A DNA stretch of 64,000 nucleotides. Source: an uncultured cyanobacterium. GTDB lineage: Bacteria; Cyanobacteriota; Cyanobacteriia; PCC-9006; JAAUQQ01. The notes beneath the pieces are model-generated. The model was not told the origin of the DNA. It did not search any database and saw nothing but the letters and a program-made list of their open reading frames with translations. This document shows, one piece after another, positions 36,021 to 45,348 of the stretch. The number at the start of each line of letters is the position of its first letter. Positions within the stretch are counted from its first letter, which is position 1. Where the stretch lies: the NCBI GenBank assembly GCA_963718615.1, contig OY970368.1, positions 5,024,001 to 5,088,000 on the forward strand, given 5' to 3'. A program made the translations under genes and the position numbers.

Positions 36021-38021
36021 CTAGCTAAAGCGAGGCGTCAAACAATAAGGGCAGTCCAACCACTCCTGCTGAAGCCCTGCATTGCAAGTGCGACAGGTGA
36101 GCGAGGTCTTCCGCTTGGCCTTGAGCTCGGATTCAAGACCGGAATCCGTAAAGGTGACCCGCTCCACTTCTGCGAGAGTGGTATAGCCTTCTTGAACCAG
36201 TTGCAAACTGTAGGCTAGCAGGGTTTTCATGCCGCCTTCGACCGCAATTTCCTTGATGCGATCGGTGGAAGCCCCTTGGTTAACGGCGGTTTGTAGTTCT
36301 TCCGTAATCCGCATGACCTCATAAACCCCGACCCGACCTCGGTAGCCACTTCCCCCACAGGTTTCGCAAAGAGACCCAGCAATTTTTTCCCGTTGGATCT
36401 GGTCGGTGGTCAGCGTACGGGCTCGATAGAGCGTCATCTCCAAATCTAGAGACGCGGAAAGACCAAAACGGGCCAGTTCTTCAGGGGTAGGATTGAAGGG
36501 GATTTTGCAATCGCCACAGACCCGCCGTACGAGACGCTGGGCACAAACGCCAATCAACGAAGCGGAGACCATAAACGGCTCAACCCCCATTTCATCCAAC
36601 CGGGCAACCGAGCTGGGAGCATCGTTCGCATGGAGCGTGGTGAGGACCAAGTGGCCCGTTAATGCCGCTTCGATCGCCGTCTTCGCGGTTTCTAGGTCTC
36701 GGGTCTCACCCACCAGAATCACATCAGGATCCTGGCGCATAAAGGCTCGCAGGATTGAGGCAAAGTCCATGCCCTTTTCTCGAATCACCTGAACCTGCGT
36801 GATCCCTGGCAGAGAATATTCAATCGGGTCTTCTGCCGTACTGATATTCAGGCCAGGATCATTGCGTTCGGCTAGACAGGAGTAGAGGGTCGTGGATTTG
36901 CCGGAGCCGGTCGGCCCGGTCACGAGGATCAAGCCAAAGGGCTTGCTGGCCATATCCCGAACCAAGGCCAGCGTGTCGGGGTCTGTAATCAGCTTGTCGA
37001 GACCTAGCTGTGTGGACTCACTATTGAGCAGCCGCATACAGATTTTTTCACCGTAGCGACTGGGAAGTGTATTAACCCGAAAATCGATCCGCTTGCCCTG
37101 GAACGATCGCCGAATCCGACCATCCTGAGGGAGTCGCCGCTCTGCAATGTCCAAATCCGCCATGATCTTGAACCGGGAGGTAATTGCAGGGGTAATTTTT
37201 TTGGGAAATGGCTGGAAGGCTTCCTGCAAAACCCCATCCTTCCGGAAGCGAACCCGCAGAAATTCTTCTTGGGGCTCAATGTGAATATCTGAAGCCCCAT
37301 CGGTCAGGGCCTTGACCATAATTTTGTTCGCTAGACTAATAATCGGAGCCCCTTCCGCGTCCTTAAGCGCCGCGCCTAGGTCGGCCTCTACTTCATCGGC
37401 GGCTTCAACCAGGCCAATATCCTCTAACCCCGCCAAGTCCGACATCACATCCACCGCTTGCTGAGAGGCTTCTTGGCGCTCTCGCTCTAGCTGGCGGTTG
37501 AGATAGCGATCGATCATATGCTCATAGTCTTCCTGAGCAATGACCACCCGCTGGAGCTTTAGTCCCTGGGGCCGCAGGATGCGATTGAGATCATCCTGAG
37601 CGTCCAAATTATCAGGATGCACCATTGCCACCAGAACCGAAGGGGGCTGGGTTTGTTGCCGAGATAGGGGAATGAGCTGATGACGACGACAAATATCGAT
37701 GGGTATCAACGTGTCAATTAATTCCCCAACTTCATCAATGGGCCGTTGCTCCAGCTCTGGGTCTAGGGACTCAACACCATAGAGAATCTTCAGCTCAAAG
37801 AGCTGCTGCTTTTTATACTGGCGGATGAGATCCGGTGGTAAAGCTTGACCCGTCAGGGCTTCGACGATTTGCGTTAGGGGCTTACCGGTTCTACGACTTT
37901 CAACCAGCGCCTGCTGCATTTGATCTCGGTCGACGTAACCTGCTTGAATCAGCTTATTGCCAAAGGGCGAGAAGCTGCCCTGGACAACCAAGGCACGACG
38001 CTGAGAAGAAGAGTTAGTCAT
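36021..38021 (-). CDS. pilB: Type IV pilus assembly ATPase (cyanobacterial PilB1 type, C-terminal CxxC-CxxC)
   Basis: AERRLPQDG, GPTGSGKSTT, RQDPD, tail CRTC...CPYC. Confidence 0.96.
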   Translation of the reverse strand: MTNSSSQRRALVVQGSFSPFGNKLIQAGYVDRDQMQQALVESRRTGKPLTQIVEALTGQALPPDLIRQYKKQQLFELKILYGVESLDPELEQRPIDEVGELIDTLIPIDICRRHQLIPLSRQQTQPPSVLVAMVHPDNLDAQDDLNRILRPQGLKLQRVVIAQEDYEHMIDRYLNRQLERERQEASQQAVDVMSDLAGLEDIGLVEAADEVEADLGAALKDAEGAPIISLANKIMVKALTDGASDIHIEPQEEFLRVRFRKDGVLQEAFQPFPKKITPAITSRFKIMADLDIAERRLPQDGRIRRSFQGKRIDFRVNTLPSRYGEKICMRLLNSESTQLGLDKLITDPDTLALVRDMASKPFGLILVTGPTGSGKSTTLYSCLAERNDPGLNISTAEDPIEYSLPGITQVQVIREKGMDFASILRAFMRQDPDVILVGETRDLETAKTAIEAALTGHLVLTTLHANDAPSSVARLDEMGVEPFMVSASLIGVCAQRLVRRVCGDCKIPFNPTPEELARFGLSASLDLEMTLYRARTLTTDQIQREKIAGSLCETCGGSGYRGRVGVYEVMRITEELQTAVNQGASTDRIKEIAVEGGMKTLLAYSLQLVQEGYTTLAEVERVTFTDSGLESELKAKRKTSLTCRTCNAGLQQEWLDCPYCLTPRFS

Positions 38022-38052
38022 GGCGGCTCGAAGAGGGTCTCCTTAGGATTTC

Positions 38053-38061
38053 AGTATTCCC
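38053..38061 (-). promoter_or_regulatory. SigJ/SigF-type promoter box upstream of pilB
   Basis: GGGAATACT about 30 nt upstream of the pilB ATG, matching the group-3 sigma box known for cyanobacterial pilus genes. Confidence 0.6.
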
Positions 38062-38367
38062 ACAATTCCCTGTAATTTTTCTAGGGAGCAGAGAAATTAA
38101 TATAGGGGCGATCGCCAAAGCCCATCGGCTCTGGGAACAAACCTGGCTTCGCGACTCGGACCTCATAAAAACAGGCTGAAAACCAGGACAATGTTCTGAA
38201 AGTAGGGTGTGTATAGGGTTAAACTACCCCCTATGTGCCACTTCTACTTCCAACGTAGAATAATTGAAAGAGATCCGATGCTAGCGATCTTAGCGGTTCT
38301 ACACCGTGCTGGGTGCTTGCCAATCTTCGTAATCGGCTTAAAGTAAGACACATTCTAGGAATGATAG

Positions 38368-39129
38368 ATGACTGAGTCAGACAAGCAGATGGAGAAAAAT
38401 CTTGAGGAGGTTCGCGCTGAGGCCATGGCGGCAGAGTCCGATCCCCCAGAAATAGCCCCCGAACCCGAAGAAACTCCGACGGATGCGGTCGAGACGCCCC
38501 CCGAGTCGGCTGCTGCTTCTGATGAGGCTGCGGAAGCAGTCGCAGATATCCCTTCCGATTTTGAATCGCTGGAATTAGAGGGAGAAGGCGACGAAACGAT
38601 TTCGCCTGCAGCGGCCCAGGTGGAAGCGCTCACCCGTGAACTGCAAGCGTTGCGAGGACAGGTGGAGGATCGCAACACCCAATATCTGCGAATCACAGCA
38701 GATTTTGAAAACTTTCGTAAACGCACCCGTAAGGAGCAAGACGAGCAGGAAGAGCGCATCAAATGCGCCACAATCCTAGAGTTGTTACCGGTCATTGACA
38801 ACTTTGAACGGGCTCGGGTCCAGCTCAAGGCTGAGGGCGAGGAAGCGGTCAATATCCACAAAAGTTATCAGGGCATCTATAAGCAGCTTGTGGACTGCCT
38901 CAAGCGTATCGGTGTTGCCCCCATGCGAGCGGAAGGCAAAGAGTTTGATCCGATGCTCCATGAGGCGGTGATGCGAGAACCGACCGATGCCCATCCCGAT
39001 GGTACGGTCATCGAGGAACTCCAGCGGGGATATGTGCTGGGTGAACGGGTTTTGAGACATGCCATGGTGCGGGTCGCCGTTGCACCCGAGCCTACCGCTC
39101 CAGCAGAAGAAATCTCGGAGGACGCTTAA
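38368..39129 (+). CDS. grpE: Nucleotide exchange factor
   Basis: ADFENFRKR, LLPVIDNFERA, FDP-x-LHEAV, GY-x-LG-x-RVLR-x-AMV. Confidence 0.96.
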   Translation: MTESDKQMEKNLEEVRAEAMAAESDPPEIAPEPEETPTDAVETPPESAAASDEAAEAVADIPSDFESLELEGEGDETISPAAAQVEALTRELQALRGQVEDRNTQYLRITADFENFRKRTRKEQDEQEERIKCATILELLPVIDNFERARVQLKAEGEEAVNIHKSYQGIYKQLVDCLKRIGVAPMRAEGKEFDPMLHEAVMREPTDAHPDGTVIEELQRGYVLGERVLRHAMVRVAVAPEPTAPAEEISEDA

Positions 39130-39320
39130 TATTGATTGTCTGAATGGGAAGAATAGTCCCTAGTTCTACCCCTCATCCCCTTCCTCAAGGGTGCAAGAGG
39201 TAGTCTCGCTCACGAAACAGGTCGGAATTGCGTGTCAGCATGAGTTAGGGAAACGACTTTTCTGAGCTTGGTTGCACCTGTTCTGCCGATTGCCGCTAGT
39301 TGCTTTTCGCGCTACTCACT

Positions 39321-41297
39321 ATGGGAAAAGTTATAGGAATCGACCTGGGAACCACAAATAGTTGTGTCGCGGTCCTGGAGGGGGGGAAGCCCATCGTTAT
39401 TTCCAATTCGGAAGGCGGGCGAACCACCCCGAGTATGGTGGGTTTTGGCAAATCGGGCGATCGCCTCATTGGTCAATTGGCCAAGCGTCAGGCAGTCACC
39501 AACGCAGAAAACACGGTCTACAGCATCAAGCGTTTTATTGGTCGCCGCTGGGATGATACCCAGGAGGAGCGATCGCGCGTTCCCTACGGCTGCATCAAAG
39601 GACGGGACGATACGGTAGATGTGGAAGTGAGGGGAAAGAACTATACCCCTCAAGAGATTTCTGCCATGGTTCTGCAAAAACTCAAGCAGGATGCAGAAGC
39701 CTTTTTGGGCGAAGCCGTCACCCAAGCCGTCATCACCGTTCCGGCCTACTTCACCGACGCCCAACGCCAAGCCACCAAAGACGCTGGGACGATCGCCGGT
39801 TTGGAGGTGATGCGGATCATCAACGAGCCCACAGCCGCAGCGCTCTCCTACGGTCTGGATAAACAAGAGGAAGACCAAACCATTCTGGTCTTTGACCTCG
39901 GGGGAGGAACGTTCGACGTTTCCATTCTTCAACTCGGCGATGGCGTCTTTGAGGTGAAATCAACCTCCGGCAACAACCATCTCGGGGGCGATGACTTTGA
40001 TAATGTCATTGTCGAATGGATGGTCATGACCTTTAAGGAGCAAGAAGGGGTTGACCTCGCCGCCGACAAAATGGCCCTTCAGCGCCTCCGGGAAGCTGCC
40101 GAGAAAGCCAAAATTGAGCTTTCTAGCATGCAGACCACATCCATCAATCTGCCCTTTATCACAGCGGATGAGAGTGGCCCCAAGCATCTGGAAATGCAGC
40201 TAACCCGTGCCAAGTTTGAGGAATTGGCATTGGATCTGATCAAGGGCACCATCAACCCTGTCCGTCAGGCACTCAAGGATAGCGAGCTCCGGCCTGAAGA
40301 TATCAACCGTATTATTTTGGTCGGGGGCTCTACCCGAATTCCAGCGGTTCAAAAGGCCATTAGTTCCTTCTTTAGCGGCAAAGCACCCGATCGCTCGGTC
40401 AATCCCGACGAAGCCGTTGCCTTGGGGGCGGCCATTCAAGGCGGTGTCTTGGGGGGTGAGGTTAAGGATCTACTCCTGCTCGATGTCATCCCGCTCTCCC
40501 TGGGGATCGAAACCCTCGGGGGCGTCTTCACCAAAATTATTGAACGCAACACTACGATTCCCACCAGCCGCACCCAGTCCTTCTCAACGGCCACCGATGG
40601 CCAAACCATGGTTGAGATCCATGTGCTCCAAGGGGAGCGCGCGATGGTGAATGACAACAAGAGCCTCGGTAAATTCCAGCTCACCGGCATTCCGCCCGCC
40701 CCCCGTGGTGTTCCTCAGATTGAAGTGTCGTTTGATATCGATGCCGATGGCATTCTCAATGTCTCAGCCCGAGATAAGGGGACAGGTCGTGAACAAAGCA
40801 TTCGCATCACCAATACGGGCGGTCTGAGTTCAGCCGAGGTGGAGCGAATGCGCAGCGAGGCTGAAATTTATGCGGAAGATGACGATCGCCGGATTCAACT
40901 GGCGGAGCTCCGTAACCAGGCCGAAACCTTGTTCTATAGCTATGAAACGGCGCTGAAAGACAACAGCGACTTGGTCAGCGATAGCATGAAAGCCCAAGCA
41001 GAAGCCAAACGGGCCGAGCTCGCAGCAGCGGCTGAAACAACAAAAACAACACCCGAAGCCATGAAGGCTCTGTTAGATGAGTTTCAGCAGGTGGTGCTCT
41101 CCATTGGCGCGGCAGTATATCAGCAGTCTAATGCGGCTACACCCGCTTCCATGCCCGACGCAGACGACTTCTTAAGCGTCAGCGAACCATCAATGGCAGA
41201 AGCTGCCACCACAGGCTCTGAGCTCATTGGTGAAGACGACTTCTGTTTTGACGATGAGGAGGATACGGTGGTCTCTGACTACGAGGCGGTGGAATAG
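39321..41297 (+). CDS. dnaK: Hsp70 chaperone
   Basis: [27 protein letters not shown]; acidic tail. Confidence 0.97.
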   Translation: MGKVIGIDLGTTNSCVAVLEGGKPIVISNSEGGRTTPSMVGFGKSGDRLIGQLAKRQAVTNAENTVYSIKRFIGRRWDDTQEERSRVPYGCIKGRDDTVDVEVRGKNYTPQEISAMVLQKLKQDAEAFLGEAVTQAVITVPAYFTDAQRQATKDAGTIAGLEVMRIINEPTAAALSYGLDKQEEDQTILVFDLGGGTFDVSILQLGDGVFEVKSTSGNNHLGGDDFDNVIVEWMVMTFKEQEGVDLAADKMALQRLREAAEKAKIELSSMQTTSINLPFITADESGPKHLEMQLTRAKFEELALDLIKGTINPVRQALKDSELRPEDINRIILVGGSTRIPAVQKAISSFFSGKAPDRSVNPDEAVALGAAIQGGVLGGEVKDLLLLDVIPLSLGIETLGGVFTKIIERNTTIPTSRTQSFSTATDGQTMVEIHVLQGERAMVNDNKSLGKFQLTGIPPAPRGVPQIEVSFDIDADGILNVSARDKGTGREQSIRITNTGGLSSAEVERMRSEAEIYAEDDDRRIQLAELRNQAETLFYSYETALKDNSDLVSDSMKAQAEAKRAELAAAAETTKTTPEAMKALLDEFQQVVLSIGAAVYQQSNAATPASMPDADDFLSVSEPSMAEAATTGSELIGEDDFCFDDEEDTVVSDYEAVE

Positions 41298-41326
41298 GTG
41301 AAAGCCTTTCCTGCCGATTTTTGGCA

Positions 41327-41358
41327 TTGCGCATCTGAATCTCCCCTCGGATGCGCAA
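41327..41358 (+). terminator. Stem-loop between dnaK and dnaJ
   Basis: TTGCGCATC...GATGCGCAA inverted repeat with a weak U-tract. Confidence 0.45.
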
Positions 41359-41414
41359 ATAATTGTTAAGGTTGAAATTGCTCTCTCCTGCGGATTGTTA
41401 CTCCCAATCTCTCT

Positions 41415-42536
41415 ATGGCCCGTGACTACTACGAGATTCTAGGTGTCCCCCGAACAGCGGACAAAGATGAGCTGAAGCGAGCTTACCGTCGCCTTGCCCG
41501 TAAGTATCACCCCGATGTGAACCGAGAGCAGGGGGCAGAGGAGCGTTTTAAGGAAATCAATCGCGCCTACGAAGTCCTCTCTGAGCCCGAAACCCGAGCC
41601 GCCTACGATCGTTTTGGCGAAGCCGGGATCTCAGGGGCCGGGGGACCGGGTTTTCAAGACATGGGAGATATGGGCGGCTTTGCCGATATCTTTGAAAGCT
41701 TTTTTAGTGGCTTTGCTGGGGGAGGCCCCGCCGGAGCCACGCGGCGTCGGGGACCCATGCGAGGGGACGATCTGCGGCTGGATCTACGGCTGGATTTTCA
41801 AGAAGCCATTTTTGGGGGCGACAAGGAAATCCGCATCAATCATCTAGAGACCTGTAACTCCTGCTCCGGCAGCGGTGCAAAACCTGGGACTCGTCCGCGT
41901 CCCTGTCCGACCTGCTCCGGCAGCGGCCAAGTTCGTCGCGCCACCCGGACGCCCTTTGGCAGCTTTACTCAGGTTTCGGTTTGCCCCAACTGTGAGGGCT
42001 CGGGCCAAATTATTGAGGACAAATGTATTGATTGTGGTGGCTCGGGCCAAAAGCAAATCAAGAAGAAGCTCAAAATTACGGTGCCCCCCGGTGTAGACAG
42101 CGGTACGAGGCTACGGGTACCGGGTGAGGGAGATGCGGGTCAGCGCAATGGCCTTCCAGGGGATCTCTACGTCTATCTCTATGTCAACGAAGACCCCAAA
42201 TTCCGGCGGGATGGGATTAATATTCTGTCGGATATCAAGGTGACCTATTTGCAGGCCATTTTGGGGTGTCACATTGAAGTGGAAACGGTTGATGGTCCAG
42301 CGGAGGTAACGATTCCTGCCGGGACGCAGCCGAACACGGTGTTGACGCTAGAAAAGCGGGGTGTTCCTCGCTTGGGGGATCCCGACACCCGTGGTGACCA
42401 TCTGATGACCGTTTTGGTGGAAATTCCGACCAAACTCTCCCCTGAAGAGCGTGATCTCCTAGAAGGGCTGGCCCGATTGCGGGGAGAACAAACCGGTAAA
42501 GGGGGAGGCTTTCTCGGGGGCCTTTTCCGGAGCTAG
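41415..42536 (+). CDS. dnaJ: Hsp40 chaperone
   Basis: HPD motif, G/F region, four CxxCxGxG. Confidence 0.97.
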   Translation: MARDYYEILGVPRTADKDELKRAYRRLARKYHPDVNREQGAEERFKEINRAYEVLSEPETRAAYDRFGEAGISGAGGPGFQDMGDMGGFADIFESFFSGFAGGGPAGATRRRGPMRGDDLRLDLRLDFQEAIFGGDKEIRINHLETCNSCSGSGAKPGTRPRPCPTCSGSGQVRRATRTPFGSFTQVSVCPNCEGSGQIIEDKCIDCGGSGQKQIKKKLKITVPPGVDSGTRLRVPGEGDAGQRNGLPGDLYVYLYVNEDPKFRRDGINILSDIKVTYLQAILGCHIEVETVDGPAEVTIPAGTQPNTVLTLEKRGVPRLGDPDTRGDHLMTVLVEIPTKLSPEERDLLEGLARLRGEQTGKGGGFLGGLFRS

Positions 42537-42543
42537 GGCGACC

Positions 42544-42795
42544 ATGACTATCCAAACACAGCCTTACGAATCCCTCGATCTGCGAGGCACGCCTTGTCCC
42601 CTCAATTTTGTGCGGACTAAGCTCAAGCTTGAACAACTGCCCCCTGGCACCTTGCTTGAGGTCTGGCTGGATCCGGGGGAACCGATCGAACAGGTGCCCG
42701 ATAGCCTGAAGATGAGCGGTTATCCCATTGAAAGTTTGGAAGCGCGGGAGGGTTTCTTTGCGCTCCAAGTGCGGCGTCCTGCGGAAGCTTCATGA
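42544..42795 (+). CDS. TusA/SirA-family sulfur carrier
   Basis: LDLRGTPCPLNFVRTK. Confidence 0.88.
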   Translation: MTIQTQPYESLDLRGTPCPLNFVRTKLKLEQLPPGTLLEVWLDPGEPIEQVPDSLKMSGYPIESLEAREGFFALQVRRPAEAS

Positions 42796-43904
42796 CCCGC
42801 GAACGCCAAGGAGAGCCTGAAAAGGTCCTGAGGGATCTGTTGGAGGGAACCGTGGTGGCGGTGCAGGCCAATTTTTACCAGGTTCAATTTGCCCAGGGAA
42901 CAAGCCTGCTGTGCACTCGGCGATCGCGTCTCAAGAAAATGGGTCAGCGGGTGATGGTGGGCGATCGCGTCCAGGTCGAAAAACCCGATTGGGGAGGCGG
43001 ACGCGGGGCGATCGCGGCGGTCTTGCCGCGCCGTAGCGAGCTCGATCGGCCTCCGGTTGCTAATGCGGATCAAATTTTGTTGGTGTTTGCCCTCGAAGAA
43101 CCGACCCTTGATCCCCATCAGCTCACGCGCTTTTTGGTGAAGGCGGAATCCACGGGATTAGAGATTTTGTTGGGGTTGAGTAAGGGGGATTTGCTGAGTG
43201 AAGCGCAGCGTCAGGACTGGCGCGATCGCCTAACAAATTGGGGCTACCCGGTCTATTTTCTCAGTCTGTTTCAAGCCGATGAATTTGACTCATTGCAACA
43301 GGCCCTTGTCCAAAAGATCACGATTGTTGCGGGTCCATCGGGGGTGGGCAAGTCGAGTTTAATCAATCGCTTAATTCCTGATTTAGCTTTGCGGGTGGCA
43401 GCCGTCTCCGGCAAGCTTGGGCGCGGACGACACACCACGCGCCATGTGGAATTGTTTGAACTGCCCCAGGGCGGACTGCTGGCAGATACCCCCGGCTTTA
43501 ATCAACCCAGTTTTGACTGCGGACCCGTGGAATTGGGACAATTTTTCCCGGAGATTCGGCAACGACTCACGCAGCAGTCTTGCCAATTTAGTGACTGTCT
43601 CCATCGGACAGAACCGGGCTGCGGCGTGGGCAAAGACTGGGAACGTTACGGGGATTATCTAACGCTGCTGGAAGAGGTGGAGCAGGGCTATTGGGCGGCG
43701 CGGAGCCAGCATACTAGCGAGGCTGGAGTAAGGGAAAAAGTGGGCAGTGATGGCCAGGTACAAATTGAGCCCAAGTTGATCCAAAAGCGATTTCGTCGTC
43801 AATCTCGCCGCTCTAAGCATCAAGAATTTGCCCATTTAACGGGCAGGATGGAGGATGTGAGGCGGTCCTTGGATGAAGAGGGAGGGCTAGATGCTGATGC
43901 TTAG
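42792..43904 (+). CDS. rsgA: Small ribosomal subunit biogenesis GTPase
   Basis: VGD-x-V, GPSGVGKSS, GRHTT, DTPG, C-x-FSDC-x-H-x2-EPGC. Confidence 0.95.
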   Translation: MTRERQGEPEKVLRDLLEGTVVAVQANFYQVQFAQGTSLLCTRRSRLKKMGQRVMVGDRVQVEKPDWGGGRGAIAAVLPRRSELDRPPVANADQILLVFALEEPTLDPHQLTRFLVKAESTGLEILLGLSKGDLLSEAQRQDWRDRLTNWGYPVYFLSLFQADEFDSLQQALVQKITIVAGPSGVGKSSLINRLIPDLALRVAAVSGKLGRGRHTTRHVELFELPQGGLLADTPGFNQPSFDCGPVELGQFFPEIRQRLTQQSCQFSDCLHRTEPGCGVGKDWERYGDYLTLLEEVEQGYWAARSQHTSEAGVREKVGSDGQVQIEPKLIQKRFRRQSRRSKHQEFAHLTGRMEDVRRSLDEEGGLDADA

Positions 43905-43951
43905 GAGGGAGGAGATGTAGATGTGGGCGCACTTGGGTCTGAAGGTTGGTC

Positions 43952-44650
43952 CTAAGGCAGAGATTTTGGGAAGTAAGTTTTGAGAAAAGGCTCACGGCAC
44001 CCCAGACGTTTGAGTACAGCCAAACAGTCTCGATTGCGAATTTCCAGCACAAGGCTGGTGATCGCTTGGGCTTGCTCGGGTTGGGCGGTGATTGTTTGGG
44101 TCTGATCGACCTGACTCAGAAGTTGCTGTTGTTCCTCAGGTTTTCGCCGTAGGGCAAAATCCCTCTGGAAATAATTGCGTAGATAGTTGAGCCCAGAGAT
44201 AGGGGTTGCGCTCGGCTGCAAAAGTTCAACCTCAAGATCGGTTGTAAACGCGGCCAGTTTACCGCTTTGTCGTGCCGCAATTTGCTGGTAGGCCAGTTGA
44301 GTCAGGGCAAAGTAGAATTTGTCGAGGGGCACGCCAGCAAAGCCCAGATCGATATTTGCATTGACAAAGGCGGTAAATCCAAGACCTACAGTAATGGCCT
44401 TGAGAACGATATCGAGCGTGATGGGAGTCTGGAGGCTAGCGGGATACAGAAGCCACAGGCAGGCCATGGGCAAGAAAAGCTGAAGGAGCACCCACCACCA
44501 AAGGCCAATAGATTTCCAGGGGGCGAAGAAGGGCGATCGACAATCGCGGGCAAATTTTTCGTAGGCAATGAGCAGGTTAAACACACCTGTGAGCAAGGCT
44601 ACGGCGGCAACAGGAAGCCAAGTGCCAATCTGCTGCATGATCTGCTGCAT
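43952..44650 (-). CDS. Hypothetical protein with 3-4 N-terminal TM helices and a soluble C-terminus
   Basis: ATG at 44650 overlaps the upstream TAA (TAATG). Hydrophobic segments in the N-terminal half. Confidence 0.75.
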   Translation of the reverse strand: MQQIMQQIGTWLPVAAVALLTGVFNLLIAYEKFARDCRSPFFAPWKSIGLWWWVLLQLFLPMACLWLLYPASLQTPITLDIVLKAITVGLGFTAFVNANIDLGFAGVPLDKFYFALTQLAYQQIAARQSGKLAAFTTDLEVELLQPSATPISGLNYLRNYFQRDFALRRKPEEQQQLLSQVDQTQTITAQPEQAQAITSLVLEIRNRDCLAVLKRLGCREPFLKTYFPKSLP

Positions 44651-45348
44651 TAACGGTTGCCTCGCCTTGCCCATTGAATGGGGGGGTGGAGATGAAAGTA
44701 GCCTTTTGAGGTGAGGGAAAGGAAAAGCTTGGATGAAACGGGTTGTTGGCGGTATTGGCGATCGCGCAATCCCGGCAAAACCGTATAAAGCATGGGCGCA
44801 GAGAGTTGATCGATGTACCCTTTTCTCCAAAGCGATTGAACTAGAGCTTTGGTTTGGTCGAGGGGTTGATTGAGGCGATAGGCTAAGTCTTGAGGGCGTA
44901 GCGGGTGCTGGGAGAGGGCTTGTAGGATCGCGGTTTGGATTTGGTGAGTGGTGGTTTCTCCGCAAGATTGCGAAGCGATCGACTCTGACATCTGAGTCAG
45001 TAACGTTTCGACTTGCTTGGCCAAAGCATTCGCGATTTGCCCTAAGCCATTTAGGGGGCCAACGCTATCGGCGACTAAAACAGCACTCTTGGCACGTTCT
45101 TGAGCACTATAGTTGCGCTTGCGTTGTTGCAGCGCTTGACCATAGGCCTGGTCGATGCTGGAAGAGGACTGCACGAGCTGGCAGAGCTGCTGCGCGGACC
45201 CAGGGGCTTGGTTTTGCCAATGTCGAATGGCCTCTAGGAGTTGAGTGAGTTCCTCACCTGAAATATCTGTGGCAAATTGCTCTAGGGCATCTTGCAGCAC
45301 AGCCAGATCGATCTGGTCTTTGCTCAGATTTTCGGGGGAAACGCTCAT
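44650..45348 (-). CDS. Hypothetical protein, helical N-domain plus winged-HTH-like C-domain
   Basis: ATGA overlap with the CHAT gene. ILQALSQHPL-x3-DLAYRL...VQSLWRKGYI...LTSKG. Confidence 0.75.
   Translation of the reverse strand: MSVSPENLSKDQIDLAVLQDALEQFATDISGEELTQLLEAIRHWQNQAPGSAQQLCQLVQSSSSIDQAYGQALQQRKRNYSAQERAKSAVLVADSVGPLNGLGQIANALAKQVETLLTQMSESIASQSCGETTTHQIQTAILQALSQHPLRPQDLAYRLNQPLDQTKALVQSLWRKGYIDQLSAPMLYTVLPGLRDRQYRQQPVSSKLFLSLTSKGYFHLHPPIQWARRGNR

Noticed and set aside
38050-39320. CIRCE operator for grpE/dnaK
   Set aside because: No TTAGCACTC-N9-GAGTGCTAA seen.
33465-43904. pil cluster next to the chaperone operon as a novel association
   Set aside because: This divergent arrangement is common cyanobacterial synteny.
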